Shown here: piece by piece, positions 54,751 to 55,401 of the stretch
Numbering within the stretch: the first letter of the stretch is position 1
Layout: every line of letters begins with the position of its first letter
DNA from: a virus
DNA length: 55,401 nt
IMG/VR virus record: IMGVR_UViG_3300049054_000009
Span: 1-55,401 of that record
Reading direction: 5' to 3' (one strand)
The notes under the pieces: generated by a model
Databases searched by the model: none
Told to the model about the DNA's origin: nothing
Seen by the model: the letters and a program-made list of their open reading frames with translations, nothing else
Program-made: the position numbers and the translations under genes

Positions 54751-55401
54751 TTATTCGTCTTTTATCGCAAAGAAGTTATATAAATCAGTTCTAAAAGTAT
54801 CTTGAAAAACTATGTAAGTGTCAGCACCTATATCTATGGTATCTTCTGTGCTTAGATTATAACCAGCTACAAAAAAAGCACCATCAAGAATACCTAGTGC
54901 ATCTGGTGTATCACCACGTAATAAACGCAAAGGCTTAACTGCATAATTACCATCAAAATCTGGTCTAAGGTTACGCCACCCTGCATTAACACCTTGTGCA
55001 TTATTAATAAATTTATCACAGTAAGGTGATACACCACGAATAGCAGCTACAGAACCACCCGGTATAGCGTATAGCTGATTTACGCTATAAATTTCTATCC
55101 ATATACCTGTAGATGTACGAACAAGTAAATTACCATTAGTAGATGGTATAAAAGGCACTGCCATACTGTTAGTAGTATCAGAATATCTATTCACAGCACC
55201 TGCTACACTTGTGCAAATAGTGCTGCCACCTATCACTAAAGGATATGCCCACTGACCTGCTGTACCATAAGGTAGCATTAACCCTATATACAGTGCCATG
55301 TAAACACCAGATATTTTTGCCACCATAATGATACGTCTAGGGTTTACAAAAAACCAGTATGGTGTTTCATCGTTCCATAATGAAATACCGGGTGGGTTAC
55401 C
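54751..55401 (-). CDS. C-terminal part of the junction-spanning structural gene (continuation of 1..421; bases 55275-55401 duplicate 1-127)
   Basis: The frame is open to the window end. The Met at 55326 in the ORF track is internal (..RRIIMVAKISG..). Confidence 0.8.
   Translation of the reverse strand, partial: GNPPGISLWNDETPYWFFVNPRRIIMVAKISGVYMALYIGLMLPYGTAGQWAYPLVIGGSTICTSVAGAVNRYSDTTNSMAVPFIPSTNGNLLVRTSTGIWIEIYSVNQLYAIPGGSVAAIRGVSPYCDKFINNAQGVNAGWRNLRPDFDGNYAVKPLRLLRGDTPDALGILDGAFFVAGYNLSTEDTIDIGADTYIVFQDTFRTDLYNFFAIKDE
55275..55401. repeat. Terminal direct overlap, second copy of 1..127
   Basis: Identical 127 bases. Confidence 0.95.

Noticed and set aside
1-55401. CCSGG excess and CCWGG absence as a base-calling artefact at modified sites (CCAGG read as CCGGG)
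   Set aside because: This is attractive because CCG, CCC and CGG codons cluster in this context. However, forced synonymous choice for Pro-Gly under CCWGG avoidance explains most cases without invoking errors. The other missing words (GATC, GGCC, GAG/CTC) have no matching substitute word in excess. It can only be settled from raw reads.

Overview
The window is one complete, circularly closed dsDNA phage genome. Bases 1-127 repeat exactly at 55275-55401, so the unique length is 55274 bp. I recognise about 75 protein genes, and all of them are on the minus strand. I found no tRNA, rRNA, CRISPR array, integrase or DNA polymerase.

In transcription order (descending coordinates):
- **Early and replication arm (43.2 kb to 18.5 kb):** stand-alone Spo11/TopoVI-A-like protein, SNF2 helicase, XRE HTH, AEP primase-polymerase, UvrD-like helicase, SWIM, GIY-YIG-like and HNH proteins. 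It continues with a GGDEF diguanylate-cyclase-like gene behind its own terminator and promoter, then a nucleotide-metabolism cluster (NDT-like, ThyX-like, Cys-repeat/DUF3310-like, DEDDy exonuclease, MazG-like).
- **Late arm (18.1 kb to 1, continuing 55.27 kb to 43.3 kb):** lambda-like siphovirus genes for TerS/TerL, portal, S49 protease, gpD/gpE-like head, tail tube, G/GT chaperone with a TTTTTTC -1 slippery site, a 1300-aa tape measure and BR0599/J-like tip proteins. A transglycosylase and membrane proteins follow.

The most unusual signals are at the sequence level:
- The trinucleotide pair GAG/CTC is almost absent, and codon choice changes with context to keep it out.
- I saw no GATC, GGCC, GGWCC or CCWGG, and every CCGG I saw sits inside CCSGG.
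- Two homologous non-coding modules lie 17 kb apart; one carries TTATCTAT iterons next to the primase-polymerase gene.
- A 20-bp palindromic promoter/operator motif recurs at three sites.
- Ribosome-binding regions are highly uniform.

All word counts were made by eye and need k-mer verification. The host is unknown.
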